A DNA stretch of 64,000 bases from Amoebidium appalachense (taxonomy: Eukaryota; Protista; Ichthyosporea), in the NCBI GenBank assembly GCA_963693365.1, contig CAVNZM010000010.1, forward strand, positions 4,839,560 to 4,903,559, in the 5' to 3' direction. This document shows positions 1 to 60,713 of the stretch, in pieces. A program made the translations under genes and the position numbers. The notes beneath the pieces were generated by a model. The model searched no databases and was not told where the DNA came from. It was given only the letters and a program-made list of their open reading frames with translations. Numbering within the stretch: the stretch's first letter is position 1; every line of letters begins with the position of its first letter.

Positions 1-67
1 GGGTGGGGGAAGGCTCGGAGAGTAAAAGCGGACACACACACACACACACACACACAGGGAGGCACAC

Positions 68-17415
<17,348 letters not shown>

Positions 17416-17961
17416 GTTGTCCCAAACCCCTTTCTGGACCTATGAGTAGGCTATGATAGATCAATACTCAACTGCCTAGATTTTAGAAGCATTTCATGAA
17501 CATCCATACCTGGAATTGGTTTCTAGAGATTAGCAGCCTTTGATAACACGCCATACGCCCCATCCCCCCAACCCCATTCCTCGGTTTGAGTCTGGGGCCT
17601 TAATTTCACTAACAACCTCACGAATTATCGAGTTCTGACTTTTCTGAGCTTTATGTTGCTTGGAGCTCTGGCACGTACTGACTGTGCCCTCTATTGAAAA
17701 ATAAGAGCTACCTCAGAAGGTAGCAGCTTAGGGCGATGAACGATCCGGGAAGTTTTCCCGCCAAAAACCTATTTGTCGGTTTTGATTGGTCGTCACCAGA
17801 TCTACTCCTCCCCCCGCCCCCGCCCCCCCCCCCCTCCCCCTCCCCCAACGGCCATCTTAAACAAACCCCCCCCCCCCCCCCCCCCCCCCCTCACACACAC
17901 ACACACACACAAAAAAAAAGGGGGGGGGGGGGGGGGGGAGGGGGGGGGGGTTGTGTGGTGT

Positions 17962-17992
<31 letters not shown>

Positions 17993-18433
17993 CTCTTCTC
18001 CAATGTTCCCCTCGCCGCCGTCGGAAGACCAAGAATAATACCATTATTGTTCTTGCTGTTTTAGTCTAATAGTGCATTTTCCGTGAATACATGGGCGTGC
18101 GCTGAGATAATATTTTTATGTAGGCCCAGGATATTGCAGGACATATACCGGTACGTATACGTACCAGTGGTGGTGTCACAGGTAGTTCATATCGTGAAGA
18201 CTTCAGAGGTCTAGAGCAATAGGGGTTGACACACATCACCCATACACATTCACACACACGCGCGCGCGCGTGTCACATAAACATGCACATATCCGTGGCA
18301 CGCCTACAGTGTCAGGCACAAGAATCACGGTAGGTTTAAAACCACCCATGCTCAAACGTGCACGCACGCATGCAAGGTACAGGGACCACTGTCTGACTTA
18401 TCTCCACGCGCCCATGCACGCACCGTGCACAGC

Positions 18434-18466
<33 letters not shown>

Positions 18467-18499
18467 ACACAAATTGCAACTTTACGCACATGCAGTATA

Positions 18500-18535
<36 letters not shown>

Positions 18536-18785
18536 ACACACACACATGTACACACACATGTACACACACGCACGCACGCACTTAAGGAGATAGGAAAGAG
18601 TTTAAAAAGTGAATGCTCTTTTATTAGAATAGAGATAGTAATGATGCTACGAAATGAAAGCTTGCTAACTTAAGTTAGGTAATTGAATGTAAGTCCATAA
18701 GAAATATTATCTCTTTATGATTGCGTGAGCCGTATGTGATTAAAGTCGCTTGTACGCACGCACGCACGCACGCACGCACGCAAAG

Positions 18786-18816
<31 letters not shown>

Positions 18817-18900
18817 TTGCAACTTTACGCACATGCAGTATTATACCACATACACAGACACACACACACGCGTGCGCGCGCGCACGCAAGGACACACACA

Positions 18901-18952
<52 letters not shown>

Positions 18953-19373
18953 GTCACGCACACACGTCGTATCACACATCCGCAAACATACCCTCATGGA
19001 GACGCGTGCACACACATGCAAGCACAAAAGGGTGCATAGGTGCGCACTGTGACACGTGCCATACTCACATTTGAACCCAATCACTCTTTAGCAGCTTGTT
19101 ACTTGAGGCGCAAACACGTACTCTGTTTCTTTTCGCTAATATGGGAAACCAAGTAATGCCTTTTCTTTTTTTTGTAAGCTTCATTAACTTAACTTGAAAT
19201 ACATCTGCCTTTAGCTTTTATTTTTTTAATGCAGCACCGGAAGTGACCGGGCCTCTGCCATCGCCTCCCCCCCCCCCCTCCCCCCCCCCCCTCCACCACC
19301 ACCACCACCACCACCATCCACCCAACCACCCACGCAGCCCCCCCCCCCACCACCAACACCACTACCGCGCGCG

Positions 19374-19462
<89 letters not shown>

Positions 19463-19719
19463 CAAATTACAGCCTTGGTGGACTATTCACCCAACCTTGA
19501 CCATATTCTTTATTCGACGAGGTGTTCAAGTAATAGTGAACCACCCCTGTGACTGAGCATTTTGACACAACCAATGAAACCGGCCAGACAGCTGGGCGGT
19601 ATCAAAATGCTCAGCCAGAAGAACGTCGGGATTTAAAATGATGCTATGTTCAATTTCGTCGGGATTTAAAATGATGCTATGTTCTATTTCGTTGCCAGTG
19701 CATGCGACTACCTATTTTT

Positions 19720-19757
<38 letters not shown>

Positions 19758-19828
19758 CGTGTGTGCGTGCGCACGTATGTGTGTATGTATGTGCCTTTGT
19801 GTCTCTCTCTCTGTGTCGTGTGTGTGTG

Positions 19829-19859
<31 letters not shown>

Positions 19860-19940
19860 TTGTGTGTGTGTGTGCTCGTGTGTGTGTGCGCGCGCGTATG
19901 CATGTGTGTGTGCGTCACGGTGTGTGTCTCTGTCTCTGTG

Positions 19941-19988
<48 letters not shown>

Positions 19989-20083
19989 ATTGAAGAATCA
20001 TTATTGTCCTTTATTTTTTGGTTTTTTTTCCCCCTTACTTTTCTTTCTTTTTTCCCCTTTTTTTTTTGTGTGTGTGTGTACGT

Positions 20084-20123
<40 letters not shown>

Positions 20124-20338
20124 TTTGCTATAAACTTTCCTGTAGTTTGTTCGGAAGTCTCATAGGTGCGGTGCATAAAAGAGTCCAAATGGAAAATTGT
20201 TCCAAAATACTATCACGAGCACGAGCACATGTGTTGGTTTTTAGCATAGGAGCCCAATAATAATAATTATACTCACCGGCCGGGTCCTCCTCCCCTCCTC
20301 TGGTGGCACCACAGTGTCCCTGCACACACACACACACA

Positions 20339-20476
<138 letters not shown>

Positions 20477-20798
20477 GACCCCCCCCCCCCCCCCCCCCCC
20501 CTTCCCCCTTCTCCAAGCTTGGAGGTTCTGAACCTTCCTCTCCTTTTTATCTCTCGTTTCCCTTACCGTCACTGGCCCCCCCCACTCCCCCCCACCCCCA
20601 CCGCCTCCCCCCGTCCACCCCAATTTCTACAGTATACCGTGGATTCCTTTCTAAGTCCTTGAATATCTCCGTCGCCATTGTCCCTCTGCAGGTCTGCAGA
20701 TTCCCTTTTCCTCTCTCTCGACCCCGGCCCTCTCTCTTTCTCTCAAAAAGCCTCTCTCTCTCTCTCTCTCTTTTTCCCTCAAAAAGCATCTCTCTCTC

Positions 20799-20835
<37 letters not shown>

Positions 20836-21945
20836 CTCCCTTGCAAAGCAATCAGAGTCTTCCCCCCCCCCCCCTCCTCCCCCCCTTTACCCCCGGGCTA
20901 GCTAATATAGTCTCTCACTTTCTTTCCCTCCCTCTTGCTCTCTCTCTTCTCCATCTCTTTCACGGCATTCAGTGGAAGTATCAGACTAGGGAAAAGGGGA
21001 ACCACACCGAAAACCTCTTTCGGCCACATACAGCTTCGAGTCTGTTCTCTTTATTGAACTTGAATGACACCCACCTACAGGCAACACCCTCGCAGCTGTA
21101 GTGACTGTAACTGTTTCAAAGAAATAGTCGAAAAGCAGTAGCAAAAAAACACAAATCCACACTGTTAATCACTGCTTTCATGAAACAACAACACTCTTAT
21201 ACCTCTGGTGACTCAGACCCCAACCACCCCCAAACACGAACAAAAACACAAACAACTTCCAAATCGGTGACCCAAGTTAACTTCTGTCTTGACAGTCTTA
21301 ATATGATCTAGTGAGAACCTAATGCCCGCTTAAGCCTCTTCCTACGTCACATTCAAAACTCGACCCATAACGATTGCACCTAAATTTCCGGACAAACCAA
21401 ACCATATTTCCCTTAAAAAACTTTTGGTAGAACTGCTTCTACCATTAGAGAGAGGAGGGAAAACACGGTTTCTGTCTGCAAATCTGGTGCGTGTGTGGAG
21501 TTTTTAGTGTTCATCAAATTCCGCGCAATACAAGTCTTATAGTCTGTGTGACGTGTTGTTGGCCTCTCAATCCAAGTCTTCACTTCATCATTCATTGCCC
21601 TTTGATGGTTCTTAGTTTGTGTATCCCCCCCCCCCCCTCCCCCCCCCCCCCCCCACCCCCTCCCCTCCTCACCTACTAGTACACACACATGTGCACACAC
21701 ACACACACACGTACACCCAATACACACACGTACACAGGAGGCACTGTGGCATCTGTACAGCACAAGTTTCACCATGTAAAACCTACAAGTAGTGCCCACA
21801 CAAAGTTCCAAACTACTGCATTGAGGTACCGACCAAGCACCCAATCTAAACAAGCAAAACCCACACAGTGACGACACCTTGAACCCCACAATCAGCAATC
21901 CCAGAATCAAGCCCATTGTTGTGTGCGTGTGCGCGCATGTGTGTG

Positions 21946-21986
<41 letters not shown>

Positions 21987-22102
21987 CGCGCGTGTGTGCG
22001 TGCGTGTGTACATGTGTCCGTGCACTCTTATGATTGCATTTGTGTTTTGTTCCCTCAGTAACCAATGTCAAAAATCCGTTCTATGTCACATGGATGGGCT
22101 CA

Positions 22103-31365
<9,263 letters not shown>

Positions 31366-32414
31366 ATCCTAAAAAGAGGGGGTTCTTGGTTAGTAACACA
31401 AAAAGGTTAAAGCCGTACGGCGTCCGGTCGAGTCTCCCGACTCGGCATGATGATCGGATTCCAAGGTTTAACAGGAAAGTGGTGCGAACTCAAGCATCAC
31501 CAACCCGTAACTAGATGTTTAAAGTTCATTTTTGTTGCATCTTAGAAACTTCCAGCTGCAGGTCCTGAGGTAAATTTATTGATGACCGTCCTGCCCACAG
31601 TGACTGCATTGCCGGCCGAAGTACTTTAAGTTAACCTGATGCTTCCAAGAGCATAATGATACACAGTTGAAGTAGCCATGCTGCATGCTCTCGATGTTTA
31701 TCATAAGCTTTACAAGCACACACTGTCATACCTTAAGCTATTTCCACTCGTGTTATACAAGATGTTGCCTACGGTGCAGGTGCCCCTTTGAACGGCTCAA
31801 CACATTGGACTTGCAAAAGCTAAATATTAGTTTCAAACTTGGAACGTCGTTACGCCGATGATGCCTTCAATGTGAATTTCTCAACCAACTGAAAATATCA
31901 GTCTCGAAGCTGTGATTATTGGCTCTAGTTCAGAATGTGTATTTGCACCAATATGTGTAATATCTTAATACAAGGGGCCTACTTTACCTCTCCTATAACT
32001 TGGCAACAAAAAGTACCCTCCCAAGCCGGTTAATAAACGGTGACAGCGGTGCCCGGCATAAGTGCCTCAGTGTAACCGTTACCGACGCCCTTCCAAAAAA
32101 AATTTTCTTACTTGCAATTCTTCACGCAGCCAGGATATTGGCGGGATAGTCGTCTTGGAGCCCGGTTTTCAAGGACGGCCGTCGGAAAGTATTGTACATA
32201 GACATTAGGTCGAGAAAAATTAGCATAACTTAATCACTAACATAAAATATTTTGATTGTTTTACTTCATAGTTTAATATAGAGTAAAAGTTTAAAAGACT
32301 CTAAATTCTATCCGCTTGTTGAAACCTTTGGGAATAGGGACTTCACTTACAAAGCGGCTAGATATTCCGCAATCTGAAGTATGATAAAAAGTATTAAAGA
32401 TAGTTTTACCATCT

Positions 32415-32500
32415 TGTACCGGCCGCCCGGTGACGTCCGCCACTCTCTGACCAATCGAAAACACCTCAAGAAGTATTCTCCGATTGGCTACTGCCAGGTG
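32415..32500. promoter_or_regulatory. Putative promoter cluster upstream of the RBMS-like gene
   Basis: TGACGTC at 32431, CCGCC, CCAAT at 32451 and inverted ATTGG at 32483, in a microsatellite-free region next to AT-rich DNA. Confidence 0.3.
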
Positions 32501-35004
32501 GGCAAAAATAATAATAAAATTGTCTTCGATATGGTGTAAGTACAGTGTACACTTCGCAACAACCTAAACCTGATGCAGCGATTAAAAATATACAAACTAT
32601 ATCGTATAAGACTTATATTTTTTCTGATTAGTCATCTAGTACTCGTATAAATTTCACGGACTTCGAGAGCTGCTGCATGCAAATAACGTTATCCGTCCAG
32701 AAGAATCGGGTCGAGCCGGTAGTTAAGTGGTTGCGGTACAGTACGATGATTGGGTGAAATATCTTGTGACTAGATTAAAATGACCAAATATAATTATACG
32801 GTGTCAAACCTAGCCTTTGATTGAAGTTTTATCATGGCTCGAGATCTGGTAGGCTGTAAGATATCCGGGAGTGATAACAGGTGACAGGTGTACACTGCTG
32901 TGGCCCGTGGTTGGATGGCGAAGCCATGGACCAAAAAAATCATTGTCGCGACCGATGGGGAAAAATCCATTTACTAAACTTATATAAATGCAGAGAGAAA
33001 AAAATTTATCATATATATCTGCCTCAACTTTTTTAAGACAAGCGCTCTAGGTCTGGCACCAACCGTTGCGCCGACCCGAAAAAGATTGCACATCGATCTC
33101 CGAGCCTACAGGGACGAACGGCAATGCGGCATGCATACGCCGCGTGCGCCGACGCGTGCGTCACGGCAGCAATCTGACACAGAGGTTTTTACAACCGATA
33201 CGTCTTTAGCAGGAAGCGAGGAAATGCCTTTTTCCCCCCCAGTAGATATGTAGTTCATCGCTTGTAGGCTGACAGGACAGCAAGGCAGGTTTTTCATTCA
33301 CATTCTTATGTGTGTGACTCATTTTCTAGAAGGCAGGTCGATATTCGTCAACTATTGGCTGTTCAGGAGAAAGTGCCGCCATCCGATGCAGGGTGTAAAA
33401 TTTGTTTGTGGCTAGTGCCAGTTTGGCAGCCGCATTTTCCACCAGCCTGGATGGCCCTAATAGAGCCAACAACCATTTTTCTGATATATTTGGCCCTTTT
33501 AGGACCAATTTTCCAGAAATTGATGGGCCTAGCCTCCAAAATTTAGGGACAATTTTTGGGGAGGGAGTCCCACTCAGGGGAACGTGACTGCAGCATGTGT
33601 GTGGTGTGGCCTGGTGTATTCCTACTGCTGTGAGAGTGTGGGGGCATCTCCCTTTCGCGGAGTTTCTCGCTTGAGAAGTGGTTTCTTCAACGCCTGGTGG
33701 TCCACTGCAACCTATGGTAACTTCTACACGCTGTCTACGCTTCTACGCGACCTATTGGCGGTGGGCTGCTGCAACTTCTTCAGCTACTTCTGCGCTGCGT
33801 GAGTGGAGAGGGCGGCTTCTTGGTCGTCGGAGAGCGAATTCCAAGTGACTGCCAGTCCTTAGCCTCCAGTCGTATGGCAATGACCGGGTTTGCTTGCATG
33901 CATTCTGTAATTGTGTTTTTCTGCGTGTCCTGCCACAACTAGGCCACCTTATCAGAGAGCTAGATGCAGTTTCTCCGGGTTATCTAGGGGCCGGGCCCGT
34001 TAACGTTGGGATTGTTTTTTAGCTCAGATTTGGTCTGCATTGCTCTTTTAGAGGCTGACTTGCTTGCTGTGCCTCGGTGGGTTTTGAGGGGGGCCTGTTG
34101 GAAAGCAGCAGTAATGATGTCTTCTTGCGGAGTGTGGTCTGGTCAACATCGATGCATATGTCATTGACTAGCCTGGAGCAAACTAGTTTCACGCATACGT
34201 CCGTACTCTTAAGGTTTTGCCCGCTGGTGTCCTTTCTCACTTGTCGCTTTATTTTTAGTTCGTAGCTTTGGCTTTTTCAGTTATATTGGTGGTTATGTAG
34301 CCTGTGGCTGCACGTTGCCTTCATCAACGGATCAATAATTAAAACCGAGTCAAAAGAAAATTTTTCGGACTTTCAGGGACAATTTTCTGGCCTAAACCTT
34401 TGGGCCTATGTGAGAAAGAATTGGTGGTACTCGTCGACAGACCAACCTTTTGGCTATGTTGAGAACTGGCCTTCCTGAGGCAAATGTTTCCTTTCTTATT
34501 GTCCGTGTCCTGCCCGGGCCGCCCATCTCTGCATCACACCTAATTTCACAGCCTGATTCGAATTCGATGGCACTGACGTGTTGAACTACTGTTGGCCATC
34601 GTGCGCGGCCGGACCAGCCTTTGAAATTGTTTTCTTTTAGTCACTTTGTCAGACTCAATTTGTCAGCAGGTGGTTTGGGGCCACATAATGCCCATGAAAA
34701 ATACCTCGAGAAGCGCCTATACTTTTTTTTGAAATTATGTTCGTTGAATTAAAAAAAACATTGCCGTCGAAACTGCTAAGTTCGAGCTTAGGGGTGCCAC
34801 GTCACAGCGTGCACATGAAACACGCGTACGGTCTCGGAGGAGGGAAAGTCCAAGATCGTAATTTCACACCCCGGACTCAAGAATTTGGCGGGAAAATGTG
34901 GCGGGAAAACTGGGCCAACTGGCCTCCGACAACTTCCCGAGAATCGAGTGGCGCATGCCACCTGTAATGTAGGTGCACTGCTACACGGTGCATTCGAAGT
35001 TTGC

Positions 35005-35064
<60 letters not shown>

Positions 35065-35799
35065 CTCTCTCTCTCAGGCTCTCTCTGCCCACTGCACCAC
35101 CACCACCAACCCACACACACACACTCAGTCACACACACCGACCCCACAAGTGCGTACACAAGAACACTGCAACACCACCAAAGTGAGGGTCAGTGAACCC
35201 TTTTCTGGACGAGCTTGTCAGTAACGAGGGAAAAAGAATAGAGACGAAAAAACAAGCAATTGAAGCTTTTGGGCCCGGCACACATAATGGTCGTCAAGTC
35301 ACAAGCTACACTTTGAACACACTCCCGTAGCACACCGTGTACGGACCTACATTGGAATTGATTTTTTGGTTTCACCACAATTATTCTCGAACACACCTCA
35401 ACAGTTATCAGAAGAAAGTCTTTATGTGTGACATGGAAACTGAACTGCACAGTGGGGATCAAGTCCAAAAACTGAATTTTGAGAGTTTTTTTTTTTCTTC
35501 ATGGCATCTGCCCCAGATTTACTAGTTAAACATCACGATGTGTCTAAATCTCTCGAGACTCTTGAGTCATGGTGAGCTGGTCTATGATGCATGATAACCG
35601 TGAGATTGTTAGCACTAGACTAGATTGCCACTAGTGGAAAATATTGCTAGATTGCCACTAGTGGAAAACAACACTCGAGCACAAAGTTAAACGCCGCAAC
35701 AGGAGTACTACCTTAAAAGCAACAGACTTCACAGATATATCTTGAGCGTGCATATTCAAGCCAGGAAGTCCTCCTGGACCTGGTACACATGAACTCGAC

Positions 35800-46833
<11,034 letters not shown>

Positions 46834-47045
46834 GGCTGGAGTTGGATGTCACACACAGAGTCACTGTAGGGGCCACAGGTGTAAGCTACCGCAGGAAAAA
46901 CCCAACACTATTGCTCATTCCGAAGTAAAGGAACACCGAAGATCATGTGTGTGTGTTTGTGTATGTGTGTGTATGTGTGTGTGTGTGTGTGTGTGTGCGT
47001 GTGTGTGCCTGCCTGTGTGTGCATGCCTGTCTCTCTCTCTCTCTC

Positions 47046-47105
<60 letters not shown>

Positions 47106-49179
47106 ATGTGCGTGAGGGTTCGGGGTGGGTATACCGGTGTGTGTGTGGGTGTCGGGGGGGGGGGGGGGGGGGGGGGGGGGGATGGGGGGGGATGTGTTGA
47201 AAGAGTAGCCTAGAAATAGTATATGAAAAAGCGGACCATGACAAGAAGAAAACCGCAAGACCTACTAAGTTGCACTGCAAAGTCCAGACTTTCCAATTAT
47301 AGAACACATCACTTACTCCTGAACTCAAGAAACGAAAAGAAAACCATAAAGAAGAGAGTGGGGGAGTAAAATGTAGCACATAAAACCAAAAGCAAACATA
47401 AGGTGAGCACAGATATCCTTTGATACGCAAATAAAGGGGCCCTCGGGAATGCACATTGAAAAGGATTGCATTTCACGAAGCTCAAAAGCACAAATGCATT
47501 AGCAAGACAAGCAGGGTACATTACAACCCATTCCACCTGAGGAACGTCAACAGATGCATGCATGCAAGCGATGGTCTGTTCAAGTCTTTTCGGATGGGAG
47601 GATGGTGAAAATCGAATATGGGCACTGCAAATATGAATACTGTGCAAACCATGGACCCTGTGATCAGGCTAAAAGCTTGTGTTTAGAACGAAGGCACGGT
47701 AAGGTTGGGGTATAGGGGCTTCAAGGGAATGCTCCAGCCCGTCTACACACTTGGTGGATGTTGTGGACAAACTGCCAACGGAGGAATAGAAGAGGTACAC
47801 CGAGAACAAAGAGGGCTTGTAGATAGGACACAATTGAGTATGCATGAAGCCTGGTGACTGCCTTTTCCAACAAGGAACACAGGATATCCATTTAAAAGGA
47901 ATAGCGACACACACATAGCTACTTGAGTATGGATGTGGCAGCAATGGCATGTTAAGCACGAGCTGTGGCAAGAAATAGGACGAACAGGGTGCAGTTAGTC
48001 AATAATACACCAAAGTGTGCCGTTGGAAAATCAGAACACAGCTGAAGCAAGAAACAAAAGGAATCGCAACAGGCCCACGTTTCCTGTTTGTGTGTGTGTG
48101 TGTGTATGCACATTGGTGTGTGGCAAGCACAGCTGGTATATGTGGAGGTTGCAGGGATGCTGGGGGGAAAGGAGGAGGAAGGAAGAAATGAGTGTTGAGG
48201 TGAGGGGAGAGGGGGGGGGGGGGGGGGGGGGGGCAAGGAGGAGGGAGGAAGCATGACGAGCACATATTGAGTACATTCTGCAACCATGTGCTCAGGTTAG
48301 TAGAAGAATGCAGGAAGGAAAGAGGGAAAAGTAACTGCTGGAATGTTCACCACTTAGAGACATATTACGGAGCTGCACTCGTAGCTTGCGTGCAAAAAGA
48401 AGCTGTTCACAATTGCAGAAAAAGGTCACTACTTGGCGGCAAGCTGTGTTGGAAAGGTGAAAGGAAGCACGTTCAAGCAAATGGAAACGGAAAAAGTGGA
48501 GTCTGAAAGTAGAATCTTAATGAAAAAACATGGTTCGATTCAGAGAAAGAAAAAATGGAGTTCCTGGGCAAGTCAAAAACGTCAGTAGCCAACTGGTTAG
48601 TTCATTATAAAGGCTCAGCCCCGGCCGTCCTGGAAACCAGCTAGGGCAGATTTTGCTAACCATGTTACAAGCAAGCCACAGCATTACGTATTTAATGCTA
48701 ATCATGTTCCAACTCTGCAAAAACATGTTCTTTCCAGGCCAACAAAACACCTAACTACATATCAGTATCTTGCCTTTTCTGCCAGCCGGGCCAACCAGGC
48801 GTCAAACCTGTTAACGCCTTCGGATATGACCTATGATAACCTGTTTTCCCAGAAACACCTCTCAATTCATACAAGCCCAGCTGCTAACTAATACAACGTC
48901 AGCACTACAGACGGGTGCCTACATCAGTACAAGCACACGTACAAGCAAGCCCATTACCAGTTTTGCCTGTCTGTAGGTATTGCTCAAACCCTAGCCAACC
49001 GCACACGGGGAAACCGAACAAACCTTGGGCGCCGTGGTCTGCTAACCAAAAACAACTTGAGCAACTCTGAAGACCGTGAAAACGTTGACAGCCGTCCAGA
49101 AAACAGGTGCTTGAATCCAGCTGGGCAGAGGTCCCCCGTTCCAGTTCTTGAGGACGGCAACCGGGCAGCGGTGAAGCAC

Positions 49180-49460
49180 TCAAGTCTTCCGGAAGAAGTT
49201 ACAGCAAAGTAGAGAGAAAAAAAAGGTTTTTACACACCAATCTCCTGTCTCAAAACATAAAACTACAACGCGAGTTCCTTACACCAAAAAAATCTGCTCT
49301 CTTCAGGGTTCCGTAAAGTTTGGGCTTCACATCACAGGCTGTGGCGCCAAAAAAAGGGCACCTGCCTGGCAAGGCGCAATCTTTGCTTGCTTGCGTCATA
49401 AGTCAATCTGAATAGGAGATTCTGTCAGCAAAATAAGTTTTATGACGTCATTATTCTTGT
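49180..49460. promoter_or_regulatory. Probable bidirectional promoter between the CPSF6-like (-) and TRS65-like (+) genes
   Basis: Head-to-head genes in a region almost free of microsatellites. TTCCGGAAG lies at about 49187-49195 and palindromic TGACGTCA at 49443-49450. The CPSF6 ATG is directly preceded by an acceptor (ctccag|ccATG), implying upstream non-coding exon(s). Confidence 0.4.
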
Positions 49461-49619
49461 CTTCTGAGTTGCCCGAGCCGTCCTGCCTCAAGCTTTGTCG
49501 GAGTTCAGCATCAAACGTAACGCCTTGTTGGCTACTGTAGCATTCTGTGCTGTTAACGAGCATGAGCCGACGTGCCTGTTTATATTTATAACACTGTTTA
49601 TAGTTTCTGAAGTCAAGCC

Positions 49620-57895
<8,276 letters not shown>

Positions 57896-58662
57896 ATGTG
57901 GATAGGGGAAGAACAAGAGTGTAGTGTTGGGGGACAAAGGTGTTGGAGATGTGTTAAGAGAGGAGAGGAAAGTAGCGTGTACATTGTGTTCTTGCGTTGA
58001 GATATTTGGGGTATATTGATGGAGGGGGGATTGTTAAAATAGAGAGTACTAGTGAGCCATATTGGTCTATGGTCGTGCTGTAAAAGGTGATTAACAAACG
58101 TCTTTCTAAAATATTCTTATATGGAATTTGTGTATATCCGTCATTTTGTGTGAGATACATCCTTAGTGAGAGTGGTACCACGCGCATGCAACTGCAATAA
58201 TGACTGCTAACGTACTTGTTAGTGGGATTGATACAGTCTGTTTTTGAGCTTAGGTGTTGCATGAGGAAGCCTGGTGTTCCTATAGCTGGTTGGTCTAACG
58301 TTGTACTAGAAACCCCAGGGCCTTCAGATTTGATTTAGTTTTCTATGCTTAGGGCGTAACGGGTTCTCTCGCCCAGCATCTGTATACCTTTAGCATTTCA
58401 TTGATACTAGTTATTAACGAGGATTGCACATTTACATCATGAATATTCATACGACCCCATTTCGTCCTTCTGTGGTTGCGAATTCTGTGAATTTGTGTGG
58501 TGTCTGTGGCATGCGCTGGCGCGGCCACACGTCATGCAATCTTATGAATGAACTCAAGAGCTCCCGAGGGTTGTGCAAATACACGGTCTTCTGTGCTAGC
58601 GATTGCATGATCCAGAGAGGCCAAGAGCTGTATTGTACGGGCAACACACACCCTGGTGCCCC

Positions 58663-58722
<60 letters not shown>

Positions 58723-59690
58723 GCACAGTGCCACACGTATGTGCACATGTGTACACACACGCACAATCACAAACATGAAGGCTTGCTTGCATTATATTAC
58801 ATATACAGACCTGGTGACAGTTGATTCTTTAGCTATAGCCCCCCTTGAGCTCCTACTAGTTTCACACATACACAGGACCGCACATGTGCAGCCACGCATT
58901 GTGACACGTGCACGGGCATGCTGAGCGCTCCCTTACATGTGCACGGGAACACACACACACACCTCCTACATAATAAGGCTTCTTTTGAATTTGGGAGGGG
59001 GGTTGGGCAGTACTAACTCTGAAACATTGTGGTCCTGCGTTCTGTGACACATGCGTATGTGTGTTTGTAGTGATGTGTGTATGCTTCTGTTGTTGGTGAT
59101 ATAACATGTATAGTATGCGTACATGCATATGATGGCGCATGATGCGTGATCGATAAATCATGAGACATTTGCGCCAGAAACCAAACTGATTACGGGGAGG
59201 GAGGGAGGGGGGAGGGGGGGGGGGGGGGGGGGGGGCTGTCGAGAGCAAGAAGGAGGGACGGGGGGGGGGGGGGAGGGGGGGGGGGGGAGGAGGGGGGAGG
59301 GAGGGGTTTGCCGGTTAGGCCTGGGGGAGGGGGGATAAGGGATGTAAGAGAGATAAAATTGATTCAGAACTAAAGGGTGCTCCACCACAGAGACTAGCAC
59401 ATATTACCCTGCGCCAGTCTGTGAGCGTGTCCGAGAGAGTGCGCGCCCGTGTGCGCGCGTGGACCTATGTGCAGAAGGCGCAATGTGCGTGTGCATGTCT
59501 GCATGCACCATTTATGGTTTTTTTTTCCCCTCCTGGTCGTCTGTTTACTGTGTATGTGTGTGTGTGTGAGTCTGTGTGGTAAATGTGTGTGTGTGTGCGA
59601 TTGAAGTGCATCCGACGGTGTGCGTGCGTGTGTGTATACACGTATATAGTGTGCACACTTGTGTGCATGTATGTGTGTGTGTGTGTGGGT

Positions 59691-59735
<45 letters not shown>

Positions 59736-60713
59736 TGCCTAGCAAGTTAATTAAAAAGCGTGTCACAGTGCCTGGTAATGTTACAGTAGTGGATATAGAG
59801 AAATTGCCAATACCATCCAACTGTTTTCCAGTATATACGGACAAATGCCATGTCAGATATCTGCCCATCTCCACCCAGACGCATATATCACTGATCTTCG
59901 ACAACACAATGTTTATGTTAGTGTACAGGTACACGCATGTGGGCTAGCTTTAGCTTCCAATAAATTTCAAAACAGGGGCCCAACCTTCACACTTTATGAC
60001 ATATACACACTATCATGTCATGATGTACGCCTGAGTTGTCTGCCTGCTTCTATTTCGCCGTGCATTTTCGAAACCCCGATACTGCAGCCATGGCCATCGA
60101 GACACAGACTAAGTCTTCGTTACTTGATTCCCTTATTATTACAGGCAGCACCATGCACCAGGCACCCGTGCTATTAAATTAGTATTCTGTCCAAAAGTAC
60201 CGGAAATCAATTTGAAAATATCAAAAAGTCAACAACTGTACACAAGCCAAAATATCACATCAAAGGTGGTGTTATGGCATTCTTATCACCGGGATAAGAC
60301 ATATGTTAGATGGATACACATGTGTGGCGGAACAATGATAGTCAAAATCAATATTACATGTCATTGGCATCATCAGACCCCGGCTGGCTAGGTGAGGCTG
60401 AGCCTGCAGCCACAGTAGAAGTAATAAAACTTAGTGCGAAATCCGTCCCCCCTTCTCCCCCACCAACAACGGGTTCCAAAGTTAGAAAGCCACCTTACAA
60501 CACACTGCGTACTTGCATTAATTTCCACACCGACATCAAGACGAATAAACAGCACTCTCAGTATGATATCCTTATGCCCCCTGCAATGGAAACAGGGGTA
60601 CTAGGGACACCGTATAAACAGACACCCCTCGCAAAATCGTAACGCTCAGGCAAACGCCGAGTGTCGCACGAAACCCGGGGGGCAAACTGGGGCGGGGGAA
60701 AACTTATCGATGC

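Noticed and set aside
32713-32760. tRNA-like A-box TAGTTAAGTGGT
   Set aside because: No B-box or cloverleaf follows.
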